Below, piece by piece: positions 52,107 to 61,530 of a DNA stretch of 64,000 bases. The translations under genes and the position numbers were made by a program. The DNA is from an uncultured Lachnospiraceae bacterium (lineage in GTDB: Bacteria > Bacillota > Clostridia > Lachnospirales > Lachnospiraceae), in assembly GCA_910577175.1 (NCBI GenBank), contig CAJTLU010000013.1, positions 4,171 to 68,170 of the forward strand, given 5' to 3'. The notes below the pieces were generated by a model, which made no database searches, had not been told where the DNA came from, and saw nothing but the letters and a program-made list of their open reading frames with translations. The stretch's first letter is position 1, and every line of letters begins with the position of its first letter.

Positions 52107-53897
52107 TTACTTCTTAGAAATTGCGCCAAACTTACATTTCTCGATACAAGCACCACATTTTACGCACTTATCGGTGTTAATTACATGCGGCTCTTTCACT
52201 GTACCGGAAATAGCACCTGCCGGACACTGTCTTGCACAGAGCGTACATCCCTTACACTTGTCAGGGTCAATTGCGAAGGACAGGAGGTCCTTACATACGC
52301 CTGCCGGACATCTCTTCTCGACAACGTGGGCAATGTACTCATCCTTGAAGTAACGTAAGGTGGAGAGTACCGGGTTCGGAGCAGTCTGTCCGAGACCGCA
52401 CAGGGAATTGTCTTTAATGTAATAACAGAGCTCTTCCAGCTTATCCAGGTCTTCTAAGGTAGCCTTACCCTTGGTAATCTTATCTAACAGCTCATAGAGA
52501 CGCTTTGTACCGATACGGCACGGCGTACATTTGCCGCAGGACTCGTCAACGGTAAACTCAAGGAAGAACTTTGCAATATCTACCATACAGTTGTCTTCGT
52601 CCATAACGATAAGTCCGCCGGAGCCCATCATGGAGCCGATGGCAATGAGGTTATCGTAGTCAATCGGAATATCAAAGTGCTCTGCCGGGATACATCCGCC
52701 GGACGGACCGCCGGTCTGTGCTGCTTTGAACTTCTTGCCGTTCGGGATGCCGCCGCCGATATCCTCTACGACTTCACGGAGGGTAGTACCCATCGGGATT
52801 TCTACCAGACCGGTATTCTTAATCTTACCGCCGAGGGCGAATACCTTCGTACCCTTGCTCTTTTCGGTACCCATGGAAGCAAACCAGTCAGCGCCGTTTA
52901 AGATAATCTGCGGAATGTTAGCGTAGGTTTCTACGTTATTCAAAATCGTTGGCTTCTCGAAAAGACCCTTTTCTGCCGGGAACGGAGGTCTCGGTCTCGG
53001 TTCGCCGCGGTTGCCCTCGATAGAAGTCATAAGCGCGGTTTCCTCACCGCAGACGAATGCGCCTGCACCAAGACGGAGGTCAATATCAAAATCAAAGCCG
53101 GTATCGAAAATATTCTTACCAAGCAAGCCGTATTCTCTGGCCTGTCTGATTGCAATGTTCAGGCGGTCTACCGCAATCGGGTACTCCGCACGGACATAAA
53201 TGTAACCCTGGTTTGCACCGATGGCGTAACCTGCGATTGCCATTGCCTCAAGCACAACGTGAGGGTCGCCCTCTAAGACGGAACGGTCCATGAAAGCACC
53301 CGGGTCGCCCTCGTCGGCGTTACAGCAGACATACTTCTGACCGCCTTTTACGAGGTCCTTTGCCAGCTGCCACTTCCTGCCGGTCGGGAATCCGCCGCCG
53401 CCGCGTCCGCGCAGACCGGAATCCAGAATGCATTTAATAACGTCATCCGGGGACATTTCGGTAAGAACCTTGCCAAGAGCTTCGTAGCCGCGGGTACCGA
53501 TATATTCCTCGATATTCTCCGGGTTAATGACACCGCAGTTACGCAGTGCGATACGATGCTGCTTTTTGTAGAAGTCGGTATCAATTAAAGGCTTGATGCC
53601 GCTGTCGGTGACGGTTTCCTGATAAACGTATTTGGTAACGACACGTCCCTTTAACAGATGCTCGGAAACGATTTCCGGGATATACTCCGGCTTTACCATG
53701 GAATAAAAGGTGGCTTCCGGATAAACAATCATAATCGGGCCGAGAGCACAGAGACCGTGACAGCCGGTTTGTACAACAGAAACTTCCTCGGCAAGACCGT
53801 TCTTTGCGATTTCCTTTTTCAGTAATTCAAAAATTTCCAGGCTGCCGGAGGAGGTACAACCGGTTCCGCCGCATACTAATACATGTGAACGATACAT
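52107..53897 (-). CDS. hydB: NuoF-like NAD(P)H-binding flavoprotein subunit (HydB/HndC)
   Basis: GRGGGGFPTGRKW FMN/NADH blocks, SLBB/4Fe-4S CGKCTPCR, C-terminal 2x[4Fe-4S] ferredoxin, N-terminal thioredoxin-like 2Fe-2S. Confidence 0.95.
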   Translation of the reverse strand: MYRSHVLVCGGTGCTSSGSLEIFELLKKEIAKNGLAEEVSVVQTGCHGLCALGPIMIVYPEATFYSMVKPEYIPEIVSEHLLKGRVVTKYVYQETVTDSGIKPLIDTDFYKKQHRIALRNCGVINPENIEEYIGTRGYEALGKVLTEMSPDDVIKCILDSGLRGRGGGGFPTGRKWQLAKDLVKGGQKYVCCNADEGDPGAFMDRSVLEGDPHVVLEAMAIAGYAIGANQGYIYVRAEYPIAVDRLNIAIRQAREYGLLGKNIFDTGFDFDIDLRLGAGAFVCGEETALMTSIEGNRGEPRPRPPFPAEKGLFEKPTILNNVETYANIPQIILNGADWFASMGTEKSKGTKVFALGGKIKNTGLVEIPMGTTLREVVEDIGGGIPNGKKFKAAQTGGPSGGCIPAEHFDIPIDYDNLIAIGSMMGSGGLIVMDEDNCMVDIAKFFLEFTVDESCGKCTPCRIGTKRLYELLDKITKGKATLEDLDKLEELCYYIKDNSLCGLGQTAPNPVLSTLRYFKDEYIAHVVEKRCPAGVCKDLLSFAIDPDKCKGCTLCARQCPAGAISGTVKEPHVINTDKCVKCGACIEKCKFGAISKK

Positions 53898-53916
53898 AAT
53901 GTTTCTTCCTCCTTAT

Positions 53917-54285
53917 TTATTGTGCAGCACCGAGCGTGTACTGGGTAACGACCTGTCCACGAATCAGGTGCTGTTCTACAACTTCTTCCGCCTTTTCCGG
54001 CGTCATATGAACATAAGTAACCTTTTCCTTGCCCGGAGCAATAATTTCAACAATCGGTTCATACTGGCAAAGACCGATGCAGCCGGTCTGTACGACAGCC
54101 ACATCATCAAGCTTCTTGTTCATTACCGCATCTGCAAGGGCGTTTAATACCGGTCTTGCACCGCTTGCGATACCGCAGGTAGCCATACCGACCACTACTC
54201 TTGTCTGCGTATCGGATTCGGAGCGGAGGCCGACCTGGGCCTGCATCTTTTCCCGAATTGCTTTTAACTCTTCAAGAGACTTCAT
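53917..54285 (-). CDS. Thioredoxin-like [2Fe-2S] ferredoxin (HndB-like)
   Basis: GMATCGIASGA...VQTGCIGLCQYEP. Start moved to ATG 54285, since TTG 54297 lies inside the SD ggagg. Confidence 0.8.
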   Translation of the reverse strand: MKSLEELKAIREKMQAQVGLRSESDTQTRVVVGMATCGIASGARPVLNALADAVMNKKLDDVAVVQTGCIGLCQYEPIVEIIAPGKEKVTYVHMTPEKAEEVVEQHLIRGQVVTQYTLGAAQ

Positions 54286-54358
54286 ACTTTCCTCCAATCT
54301 GCCGTTTTACGGCATTCAAGTCTGGGTGTTACAGTCATCCGCAGGAAATCCTGCGAAG

Positions 54359-54919
54359 TTACAGCTTATAAGCATTGTTGTTCGTTTCGTCATAATTTTC
54401 TTTCAGGTAATCCTTTATGTAGAGAGAAACCTCCGGCTCCTGGAAGGAGATGTCACCGAGAATTTCGCGGAATTCCCTGGTGTCTAACGAAAACTCTTTT
54501 TCATTAAAGCGGAATGTATAAAGGAAATCACATTCCGGATGCATGGTAACTAAGGTATGGATAGTTCCGTTTATGTCGCCGAGGGGCATGCGGTCGATAT
54601 GTGAAAACGTAAAAACCGCACAGACACGGGTGCCGACTCCGAGTGTTGATGTAATGGAAAAGGAACCGTCTGTACTTTCTGCAGCCTGCTTAAAAAACGG
54701 AACACCCAGTCCCACCTTTCTGGTGGTACGCGTCGTAAAAAACGGATCCGTTACAGCAGAGAGCTGTTCCTCTGACATGCCGCAGCCGTCATCTTCAATC
54801 ACAACGGTCAGAGTATCGGGAGAGGTTTGTACATCGACAATAATCGTAACTAAGGATGCCTTTGCGCGGGTGGAATTTTCTGCAACATCAAGGATGTTTA
54901 AGGATATCTCTGGCATCAT
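54359..54919 (-). CDS. Stand-alone HATPase_c (histidine-kinase-like ATPase) protein inside the hydrogenase operon
   Basis: N box NILDVAENS, G1 EDDGCGM, G2 GLGVPF. Confidence 0.8.
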   Translation of the reverse strand: MMPEISLNILDVAENSTRAKASLVTIIVDVQTSPDTLTVVIEDDGCGMSEEQLSAVTDPFFTTRTTRKVGLGVPFFKQAAESTDGSFSITSTLGVGTRVCAVFTFSHIDRMPLGDINGTIHTLVTMHPECDFLYTFRFNEKEFSLDTREFREILGDISFQEPEVSLYIKDYLKENYDETNNNAYKL

Positions 54920-54957
54920 ACCGCGAGTCCCTCCTTTCGGGAAACGAAGTCCGCAGA

Positions 54958-55449
54958 CTATTCGTACTTTGCAAGAACACCGGCGATTTCATCTGCGGTA
55001 AGACGGCCGTATACATCATCGTTAATCGTCATAACCGGAGCGAGACCACAGGCACCGATACAGCGGCAGGCATCTAAGGAGAACTTACCATCAGCAGTAC
55101 ACTGGCCGCCTTCAATCTGGAGCAGTTCCTGAAGCTTTGAGTAGATGTCGCCGGAGCCCTTTACATAGCAGGCAGTACCAAGGCAGACGGAAATTTTGTA
55201 TTTTCCCTTCGGATACAGGGAAAACTGCGAATAGAAGGTAGCTACTCCATAAACCTTCTCAAGCGGAATGCCACAGGTATCTGCAATCATGGTCTGTACC
55301 TCTATCGGGAGATAGCCATAGATATCCTGCGCCTTCTGTAAAATAGGCATAAGAGAACCCTTGCTGTCCTTTAACTCGTTGATGACAGCTAACAGCTGTT
55401 CTTCCTGTTCCTTTGTCCCCTGGAATGGAACTGTTGTTTTAGAACCCAT
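54958..55449 (-). CDS. hydC: NuoE-like [2Fe-2S] subunit (HydC/HndA)
   Basis: CLGTACYVKG...CIGACGLAP thioredoxin-like 2Fe-2S motif. SD aaaggagg. Confidence 0.9.
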   Translation of the reverse strand: MGSKTTVPFQGTKEQEEQLLAVINELKDSKGSLMPILQKAQDIYGYLPIEVQTMIADTCGIPLEKVYGVATFYSQFSLYPKGKYKISVCLGTACYVKGSGDIYSKLQELLQIEGGQCTADGKFSLDACRCIGACGLAPVMTINDDVYGRLTADEIAGVLAKYE

Positions 55450-55857
55450 TTCTTTAACCTCCTTTAATTTATGTCTTTAGGGAAGAAGACAGTTTGGCAT
55501 AATACGCAATACTTGTTAAAATCATAACGATATTATGCACAGCACGACAAAAAGCGCGCAAAAGTTACGAAAAAATAACGCGCCTTTGCGTGCGCCGTAC
55601 AGTTATTAACATTATAACATGAATTCCGGAAAAATGCTATAAGAAAAGTGCAAAAAAATTAAGGACATTTTGGATAAATTGTGATATACTTTAAACTATC
55701 AGGGAAACGCTGGTGAAAGCGTTTCCAGCGCCGGGTTTGCGCCGCGGGCGGCATATTCTTTTGCAAATCCGTGCGCATCCGCCGGAGGCTCTGAGGAAGC
55801 GGTGATTTCATCAGCGTTTCTTTAGGTAAATGAATAGAAAAGGAGGAAGGTGAAGGT

Positions 55858-56220
55858 ATGACGGTCTTAGATGTAAAGGAAATTCTGGGAGCGAGAGTGC
55901 TGGTAGGAGAGGAATGGCTTGATAAGGAGGTACATACGGCGTGCGGCTCGGATATGATGAGCGATGTGCTGGCGTTTGTAAAGGAGCAGGCAGTTCTTCT
56001 GACCGGCCTTTGTAACGCACAGGTAATCCGCACGGCAGAGATGATGGACATTGTCTGCATTGTGTTTGTGCGGAATAAGAAGCCGGATGAAGAGATGATC
56101 CGGCTTGCAAAGGAACGGGATATTGTACTGCTTGCTACGGGACACCGGATGTTTTCCGCCTGCGGAATACTTTATGAAAAAGGATTACGGGGAGGGAAAG
56201 ACTATGAGCGATACGATTAA
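55858..56220 (+). CDS. DRTGG-domain protein
   Basis: GSDMMSDVLAF...LLTGLCNAQVIRTAEMMDI...LLATGHRMF. SD aaaggaggaagg. Confidence 0.8.
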   Translation: MTVLDVKEILGARVLVGEEWLDKEVHTACGSDMMSDVLAFVKEQAVLLTGLCNAQVIRTAEMMDIVCIVFVRNKKPDEEMIRLAKERDIVLLATGHRMFSACGILYEKGLRGGKDYERYD

Positions 56221-56629
56221 GCTGCATTATACGGTTTCGACGGAGGACTTTACGCGGGCCGGCGAGGCGTCCGGCGACGTAAAGCGGAAGCTCAAGCAGA
56301 TGGGAAGCTCCCCGGAGGCGGTGCGCAAAGTGGCAATTGCTATGTACGAAGGCGAAATCAATATGGTAATTCATGCAAACGGCGGGACGATTGACGTGGA
56401 AATTACGCCGGAGGAGATTATTATGGTGCTGCAGGATTCCGGCCCTGGAATCCCGGACGTCGAAAAGGCAATGCAGGCCGGGTACTCCACGGCACCGGAC
56501 CAGGTGCGTGCGCTTGGCTTTGGCGCCGGGATGGGACTGCCTAACATGAAGCAGTATTCCGACGAAATGGACATTGAGACAACGCTCGGGGTCGGGACAA
56601 AGGTGACGATGAAGGTATACCAGACCTGA
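56204..56629 (+). CDS. Anti-sigma-factor-like Ser/Thr kinase (HATPase_c_2)
   Basis: AIAMYEGEINMVIHA...DSGPGIPD...GFGAGMGLPNM. Start moved to ATG 56204; overlaps the upstream gene. Confidence 0.8.
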   Translation: MSDTIKLHYTVSTEDFTRAGEASGDVKRKLKQMGSSPEAVRKVAIAMYEGEINMVIHANGGTIDVEITPEEIIMVLQDSGPGIPDVEKAMQAGYSTAPDQVRALGFGAGMGLPNMKQYSDEMDIETTLGVGTKVTMKVYQT

Positions 56630-56664
56630 GAAGGTCCGGACAGGCACAAGAAAAGGGGGTTTGC

Positions 56665-57951
56665 ATGAGCGAAAAATTTTTTACTTCGGTAAAGCTGGAC
56701 GCGGATCTGTGCAAAGGCTGCATTAACTGTATCAAACGCTGTCCGACCCAGGCGATTCGTGTGCGGAACGGCAAAGCGGAGATTACAAATGAGTTCTGCA
56801 TCGACTGCGGGGAGTGTATCCGTATCTGCCCGCACCATGCCAAGCTTCCATCCTATGACAGGCTGGATGTGCTGGAACGCTACGAATATACGGTAGCGCT
56901 GCCGGCGCCGGCATTGTACGGGCAGTTTAACAATCTGGATGACGTGAATATTGTCCTGACCGCATTAAAGAGGGTCGGCTTTGATGACGTATATGAGGTA
57001 AGCGGCGCTGCAGAGCTGGTCTCGGAGCTGAGCAGGGAGTATGTGAAAAACCATCCGGAGGCCCACCCGGTCATCAGCACGGCATGCCCTTCGGTTACGC
57101 GCTTAATCCGGGTGCGTTTCCCGAATCTGATTGAACATCTTCTTCCGATTAAGCCGCCGGTAGAGCTGGCAGCGGAGTTAGCGCGGGAAAGGGCAGTAAA
57201 GAAAACAGGGCTGCCACCGGAGAAAATCGGCATTATATTTCTGTCGCCGTGCCCGTCCAAGGTATCGGCCACGAAGGCGCCTCTTGGTACGGAAAAGAGT
57301 AGTGTCGATGCGGTTTGTGCAATCAAGGATATTTATACCAGACTTCTTCCGGAGATGAAGGCAGTGGCGGACAATCCCGAGGAGCTGCGGATTTCCGGGA
57401 AAATCGGTATCAGCTGGGGAACGAGCGGCGGAGAAGCCGGCGGGCTTTTAGCAGAGAACTATCTGGCAGCGGACGGTATCGAGAATGTCATCCGGATTCT
57501 GGAGGATTTGGAGGACCAGAAGTTTTCAGACCTGGAGTTTATCGAATTAAACGCCTGCAACGGCGGCTGTGTCGGCGGAGTGCTTACGGTAGAGAACCCT
57601 TACCTTGCTATGGTGAAGTTAAAGCGTCTGCGTAAGTATATGACGGTTGCAAAGAGCCATGTGCAGGATAATCTGCCGAAGGAGGAAGCATACTGGACCA
57701 AGGAGGTAACCTATGAGCCGGTATTTAAGCTCGGCACCGATATGAAAGAAAGCATTGCGCGCATGGCGCGGGTGGAGGAGCTCTGTGCCGGGTTCCCGGG
57801 GCTGGACTGCGGTTCCTGCGGTGCGCCGACCTGTAAGGCGCTTGCGGAGGATATCGTGCGCGGAAAGGCAAAGGAGCACGATTGTATTCACATTCTTAAG
57901 AAATACATACATCATCTTTCCGACGAGTTTTCCAAACTGAACGGAGAGTAG
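56665..57951 (+). CDS. HydS-like putative sensory [FeFe]-hydrogenase homologue (2x[4Fe-4S] + H-domain + C-terminal CxxCxxxC cluster)
   Basis: CKGCINCIKRCP / CIDCGECIRICP. H-domain motifs ISTACPSV, LSPCPSK, ACNGGCVGG. C-terminal LDCGSCGAPTC. Confidence 0.8.
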   Translation: MSEKFFTSVKLDADLCKGCINCIKRCPTQAIRVRNGKAEITNEFCIDCGECIRICPHHAKLPSYDRLDVLERYEYTVALPAPALYGQFNNLDDVNIVLTALKRVGFDDVYEVSGAAELVSELSREYVKNHPEAHPVISTACPSVTRLIRVRFPNLIEHLLPIKPPVELAAELARERAVKKTGLPPEKIGIIFLSPCPSKVSATKAPLGTEKSSVDAVCAIKDIYTRLLPEMKAVADNPEELRISGKIGISWGTSGGEAGGLLAENYLAADGIENVIRILEDLEDQKFSDLEFIELNACNGGCVGGVLTVENPYLAMVKLKRLRKYMTVAKSHVQDNLPKEEAYWTKEVTYEPVFKLGTDMKESIARMARVEELCAGFPGLDCGSCGAPTCKALAEDIVRGKAKEHDCIHILKKYIHHLSDEFSKLNGE

Positions 57952-57978
57952 ATGCTAAGACGGAGAAAGGACGGTAAT

Positions 57979-58329
57979 ATGACAGTAAAAGAGTTTGCGG
58001 AGCAAAGCGGCTTTCGTGTAATCAATCTGGCGGAGAATGCCGGTGAAGTTCTGATTCGCCAGAGTTACTGCTGCGATTTGCTTAGTATTGCAATGACCAA
58101 GGTGCCGGAAGGCGCCGCATGGGTAACGGTAATGAGCAACATTAACACCCTGGCAGTCGCTTCTCTGACGGAGGCGGCATGCGTAATTGTTGCAGAGAAT
58201 GCGGCCGCGGCAGGTGATTTTGCCGCAAAGGCAAAGGAGCAGGGAATTACCGTACTACATACGGAGCTGCCTGTATTTGATGCGGCACTGATGGTCTATC
58301 AGGCGCTTCATGCCGAGTCCGGCGTATGA
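57979..58329 (+). CDS. Second DRTGG-domain protein
   Basis: CCDLLSIAM...VTVMSNINTLAVASLTEAACVIVAE. Start moved to ATG 57979 (SD gaaaggac). Confidence 0.7.
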   Translation: MTVKEFAEQSGFRVINLAENAGEVLIRQSYCCDLLSIAMTKVPEGAAWVTVMSNINTLAVASLTEAACVIVAENAAAAGDFAAKAKEQGITVLHTELPVFDAALMVYQALHAESGV

Positions 58330-59041
58330 TTTGCATATCCATTCCTGCCTTTCGCCCTGCGGGGACGACGAGATGACACCGGCTAATATTGCAGGAATGG
58401 CAGCGGTAAAGGAGCTTGGGCTGATTGCGGTCACGGACCACAACAGCTGTAAAAACTGCGGCGCGGTCCTTAAGGCTGCGGAGGAGTACGGCGTGCTTGC
58501 ACTGCCGGGGATGGAACTGACGACCAGAGAGGAAGTGCATGTGGTCTGCCTGTTTGAAGAGCTCGCCGCAGCAATGGACTTTGACGCCTATGTTTATGAG
58601 CGGCTGCCGGATATCTTAAATCAGGAAAAGATTTTCGGGAAGCAGCAGATTATGGATGAAGAAGAAACTATCCTGGGGATTGCGGAAAAGCTGTTGATTA
58701 ACGCAGCGGATATTGGATTTGACGAGGTGTTTGACCTTGTGGAAGCAAGGGGCGGCGTAATGATACCAGCCCATCTGGACAAGACAACCACGTCACTGTT
58801 GTCTAATCTTGGTTTTATTCCGCCGGACGCAAGGTTTTCCACCGCAGAGGTAAAGAACCTTGCAAACCTGCACAGGCTGAAAAAGGAGCATCCATATCTG
58901 GAGCGGTGCCGGATTATTTCCAATTCCGATGCCCATTATCTGCAGGACATCCATGAGCCCGAGCACACCCTTTATGTGGAGGAAATGACAAGAAAAGCAG
59001 TCATCCGGGCATTAAGGCAGGAAATGCCGCATACAATTTAA
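58310..59041 (+). CDS. PHP-domain phosphoesterase
   Basis: YDLHIHSCLSPCGDDEMTP...AVTDHNS. Overlaps the upstream gene by 20 nt. Confidence 0.85.
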   Translation: MPSPAYDLHIHSCLSPCGDDEMTPANIAGMAAVKELGLIAVTDHNSCKNCGAVLKAAEEYGVLALPGMELTTREEVHVVCLFEELAAAMDFDAYVYERLPDILNQEKIFGKQQIMDEEETILGIAEKLLINAADIGFDEVFDLVEARGGVMIPAHLDKTTTSLLSNLGFIPPDARFSTAEVKNLANLHRLKKEHPYLERCRIISNSDAHYLQDIHEPEHTLYVEEMTRKAVIRALRQEMPHTI

Positions 59042-59065
59042 TAAAAACAGATGGAGAAGCATAGG

Positions 59066-59491
59066 ATGAAGATAAAATCAGGAATCGGACGGCTTCTCCT
59101 TTTTTTTGCTGTCCTGCCGCTTATGTTCGCAGCAGGGTGCAGTAAGGAAAAGGAAGAATACAAGAAAACAGGGGATGTGGAGTATACAGTAATGGAGGAG
59201 GCGGATGTGCCGGCAGAGCTTCTGGATATCATCAAGGAGAAAAAAGGCGGACCGTTCCGGCTGACCTATCTTGCGGAGGATGCGCTTTATGTGGCAGAAG
59301 GGTATGGTGAACAGCCTTCCGGCGGCTACAGCATTGCCGTAGATGAAATATACATGGCAGAAGAAGGTCTCTGCATCAAAACGACGTTAATCGGACCGGC
59401 AGCAGATGAGAAGGTGACAATGGCAGCAACCTATCCTTACATCGTGTTAAAGCTGAAACCAATGGAGACAGAGGCGCACTTTTTGGAGTAA
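59066..59491 (+). CDS. Lipoprotein, PrcB-C-like domain
   Basis: Lipobox FAAGC. GGYSIAVDEIYMAEEGLCIKTTLIGP resembles the PrcB C-terminal domain (from memory). Confidence 0.55.
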   Translation: MKIKSGIGRLLLFFAVLPLMFAAGCSKEKEEYKKTGDVEYTVMEEADVPAELLDIIKEKKGGPFRLTYLAEDALYVAEGYGEQPSGGYSIAVDEIYMAEEGLCIKTTLIGPAADEKVTMAATYPYIVLKLKPMETEAHFLE

Positions 59492-59538
59492 AGTTACGAA
59501 ATAAGTCAAAAGTCCTAAAAAATAATTTACCGTTCTGA

Positions 59539-59568
59539 TTGACAATAAATAACAAGATGTGGTATAAT
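59539..59568 (+). promoter_or_regulatory. Strong sigma-A promoter of veg
   Basis: TTGACA-18 nt-TATAAT with an extended TG (TGgTATAAT). Confidence 0.7.
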
Positions 59569-59639
59569 TTTTAGTAGATGAATACTATATGGGGCATTTG
59601 TCGAATACACATAGCGGGTTGCCGCAGATAGGAGCAAAG

Positions 59640-59885
59640 ATGAGTCAGCAAACGGAAATGAGTAGAATTGTCTACGACGTAAAGCACAGTGTTGGTAGAC
59701 GTGTCAAGGTTTGTGAGAACAAAGGCCGCAATAAGGTCGATGTGATGGAAGGTGTAATTTCCGCGATATATCCGTGTGTATTTACAATAAAGGTGGATAC
59801 GCAGAATCTGCCGGAATCTGCACAGACATTCTCCTATAGTTACACGGATGTATTAACGAAAAATGTAGAGTTGGTTTATGTATAA
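59640..59885 (+). CDS. veg: Veg family protein
   Basis: GRRVKV...NKGRNKVDVMEGVISAIYPCVFTIKVD...FSYSYTDVLTKNVELV is collinear with B. subtilis Veg. Start moved to ATG 59640. Confidence 0.9.
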   Translation: MSQQTEMSRIVYDVKHSVGRRVKVCENKGRNKVDVMEGVISAIYPCVFTIKVDTQNLPESAQTFSYSYTDVLTKNVELVYV

Positions 59886-59960
59886 ACCGAAAAGAAAAAA
59901 GCATATTTACCTCCCGGACAGCATAAGGTATAGAAGAACCTAGTTTCGGGAGGTATTTTT

Positions 59961-61520
59961 ATGGAAATAAAGCTGCAAAGCATTCATATGAATCGTGTAA
60001 AATGCAGAAATTCGCTTCGGCTGACCGTAGATGATGATGTGAATGTGCCGGATAATAAACCGGATGTGCGGACGGTAATCTGGGAAAAGGGGACGGTGCG
60101 CCTGAGCGAGAAAAAGCTTTCAGGCGGAAGATTGTATTTAAAAGGAACGCTGGCGTATCATATGCTGTATCTGAGCGAAGAAGAGGGAAGACCGGTGCAG
60201 AGCGTGCGCGGGGAGCTTCCTTTTGACGAATCGCTTGAATTACCGGATGCATGCGTGGGAGATACGATTAATGTGAGGGCAGAGGTAGAGGAACTGGAAA
60301 TCGCAATGATTCATTCCAGAAAGTTTGCAGTACGCGCACTGCTTGGAATTATGGTGCAGGCGGAGGAACTGCACGATGCCAGGGCGGCAGTGGAAATGGG
60401 AGAAGCGCCGTCGGTACATACGAAAACCAGGGTCATTCCGGTCACCTCCATTGTTGCGGATAAGAAGGATACCGCAAGACTCCGGGAGGAAATCTTTCTG
60501 CCGTCCGGTAAGGACGGGGTTGCGGAGCTTCTTTTCTGGGAGTTAGAGCTCTGCAATGTAGAAGCAAGGGCAAGGGAAGATGTCCTTGAGGCAAAGGGTG
60601 AAATGTCCCTGTTCCTTCTCTGGCGGAGCGACAGGGAAGAGGGTGAGCTGGAGAGCTATGAAGCAATGCTTCCGTTTAAGAGTGAGTTTGAAATCAGCGG
60701 CTGCAGAGAAGGCCTGATAGATGATGTCATGTTCCGGATTACGAACGAGAATGTAGCGGTAAAGGCAGACGAGGATGGAGAAGAGCGTCTTGTGGAAGCA
60801 GAGGCAATCTTAGAGGCAGAGATGAAGCTGTATGAAGAGGGCGAGATGGAGCTGCTTTCCGACCTTTATGCAACGGATTGCAGCATGGTGCCGGTCTATC
60901 AGACGGAGGAATATGAAAATCTGCTGTTGAAAAACGACAGCAGGCTCAGGGTTTCCGAGCGCCTGCCGCTTGCCGAGGGAATGCCGGGGATTCTTCAGAT
61001 TTGCCGCGGCAGTGCCGAAATTAAACCGGATGTCTGTACGAGGGAAGGAGAGACGCTGAATCTGTCGGGTGTGCTGGATGTAAGGCTTCTCTATATTTCA
61101 GAGGAGGATGACCGTCCGTTACAGTCCTACCGCACCGAACTACCGTTTACACATCAGATTGAAATCCGTGGTCTTACGCCGGAAAGCACCTATGATATCC
61201 GGTGCAATGTGGCAGAAGCGGTCTTTGGCATGGTGCGCAACGGAGAGGCGGAAATGAAAGCAGAGCTGGCATTTTCGGTTCTTGCCATGGAAAACCGTAA
61301 GGAAGAGGTTATTGTGGATACGGAGCGGGAGGAGTTTGACGAAAACCGTCTGGAGGAGCTGCCGAGCATGATTGGCTATACTGTCAAGGCGGACGAAAAT
61401 CTCTGGGATATCGCAAAGCGTTACTATACAACCCAGGAGGAAATCATCCGGCTCACCGAGCATGGCGGGGAAGTACGGGAAGGAGACTTGCTGCTGGTTG
61501 TAAAAACGGCAGGAAATTAA
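59961..61520 (+). CDS. DUF3794 (SPOCS) repeat protein with C-terminal LysM domain
   Basis: Repeated LPF..E/F blocks. C-terminal YTVKADENLWDIAKRYYTTQEEIIRL LysM. Confidence 0.75.
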   Translation: MEIKLQSIHMNRVKCRNSLRLTVDDDVNVPDNKPDVRTVIWEKGTVRLSEKKLSGGRLYLKGTLAYHMLYLSEEEGRPVQSVRGELPFDESLELPDACVGDTINVRAEVEELEIAMIHSRKFAVRALLGIMVQAEELHDARAAVEMGEAPSVHTKTRVIPVTSIVADKKDTARLREEIFLPSGKDGVAELLFWELELCNVEARAREDVLEAKGEMSLFLLWRSDREEGELESYEAMLPFKSEFEISGCREGLIDDVMFRITNENVAVKADEDGEERLVEAEAILEAEMKLYEEGEMELLSDLYATDCSMVPVYQTEEYENLLLKNDSRLRVSERLPLAEGMPGILQICRGSAEIKPDVCTREGETLNLSGVLDVRLLYISEEDDRPLQSYRTELPFTHQIEIRGLTPESTYDIRCNVAEAVFGMVRNGEAEMKAELAFSVLAMENRKEEVIVDTEREEFDENRLEELPSMIGYTVKADENLWDIAKRYYTTQEEIIRLTEHGGEVREGDLLLVVKTAGN

Positions 61521-61530
61521 GTAGAAAAAG

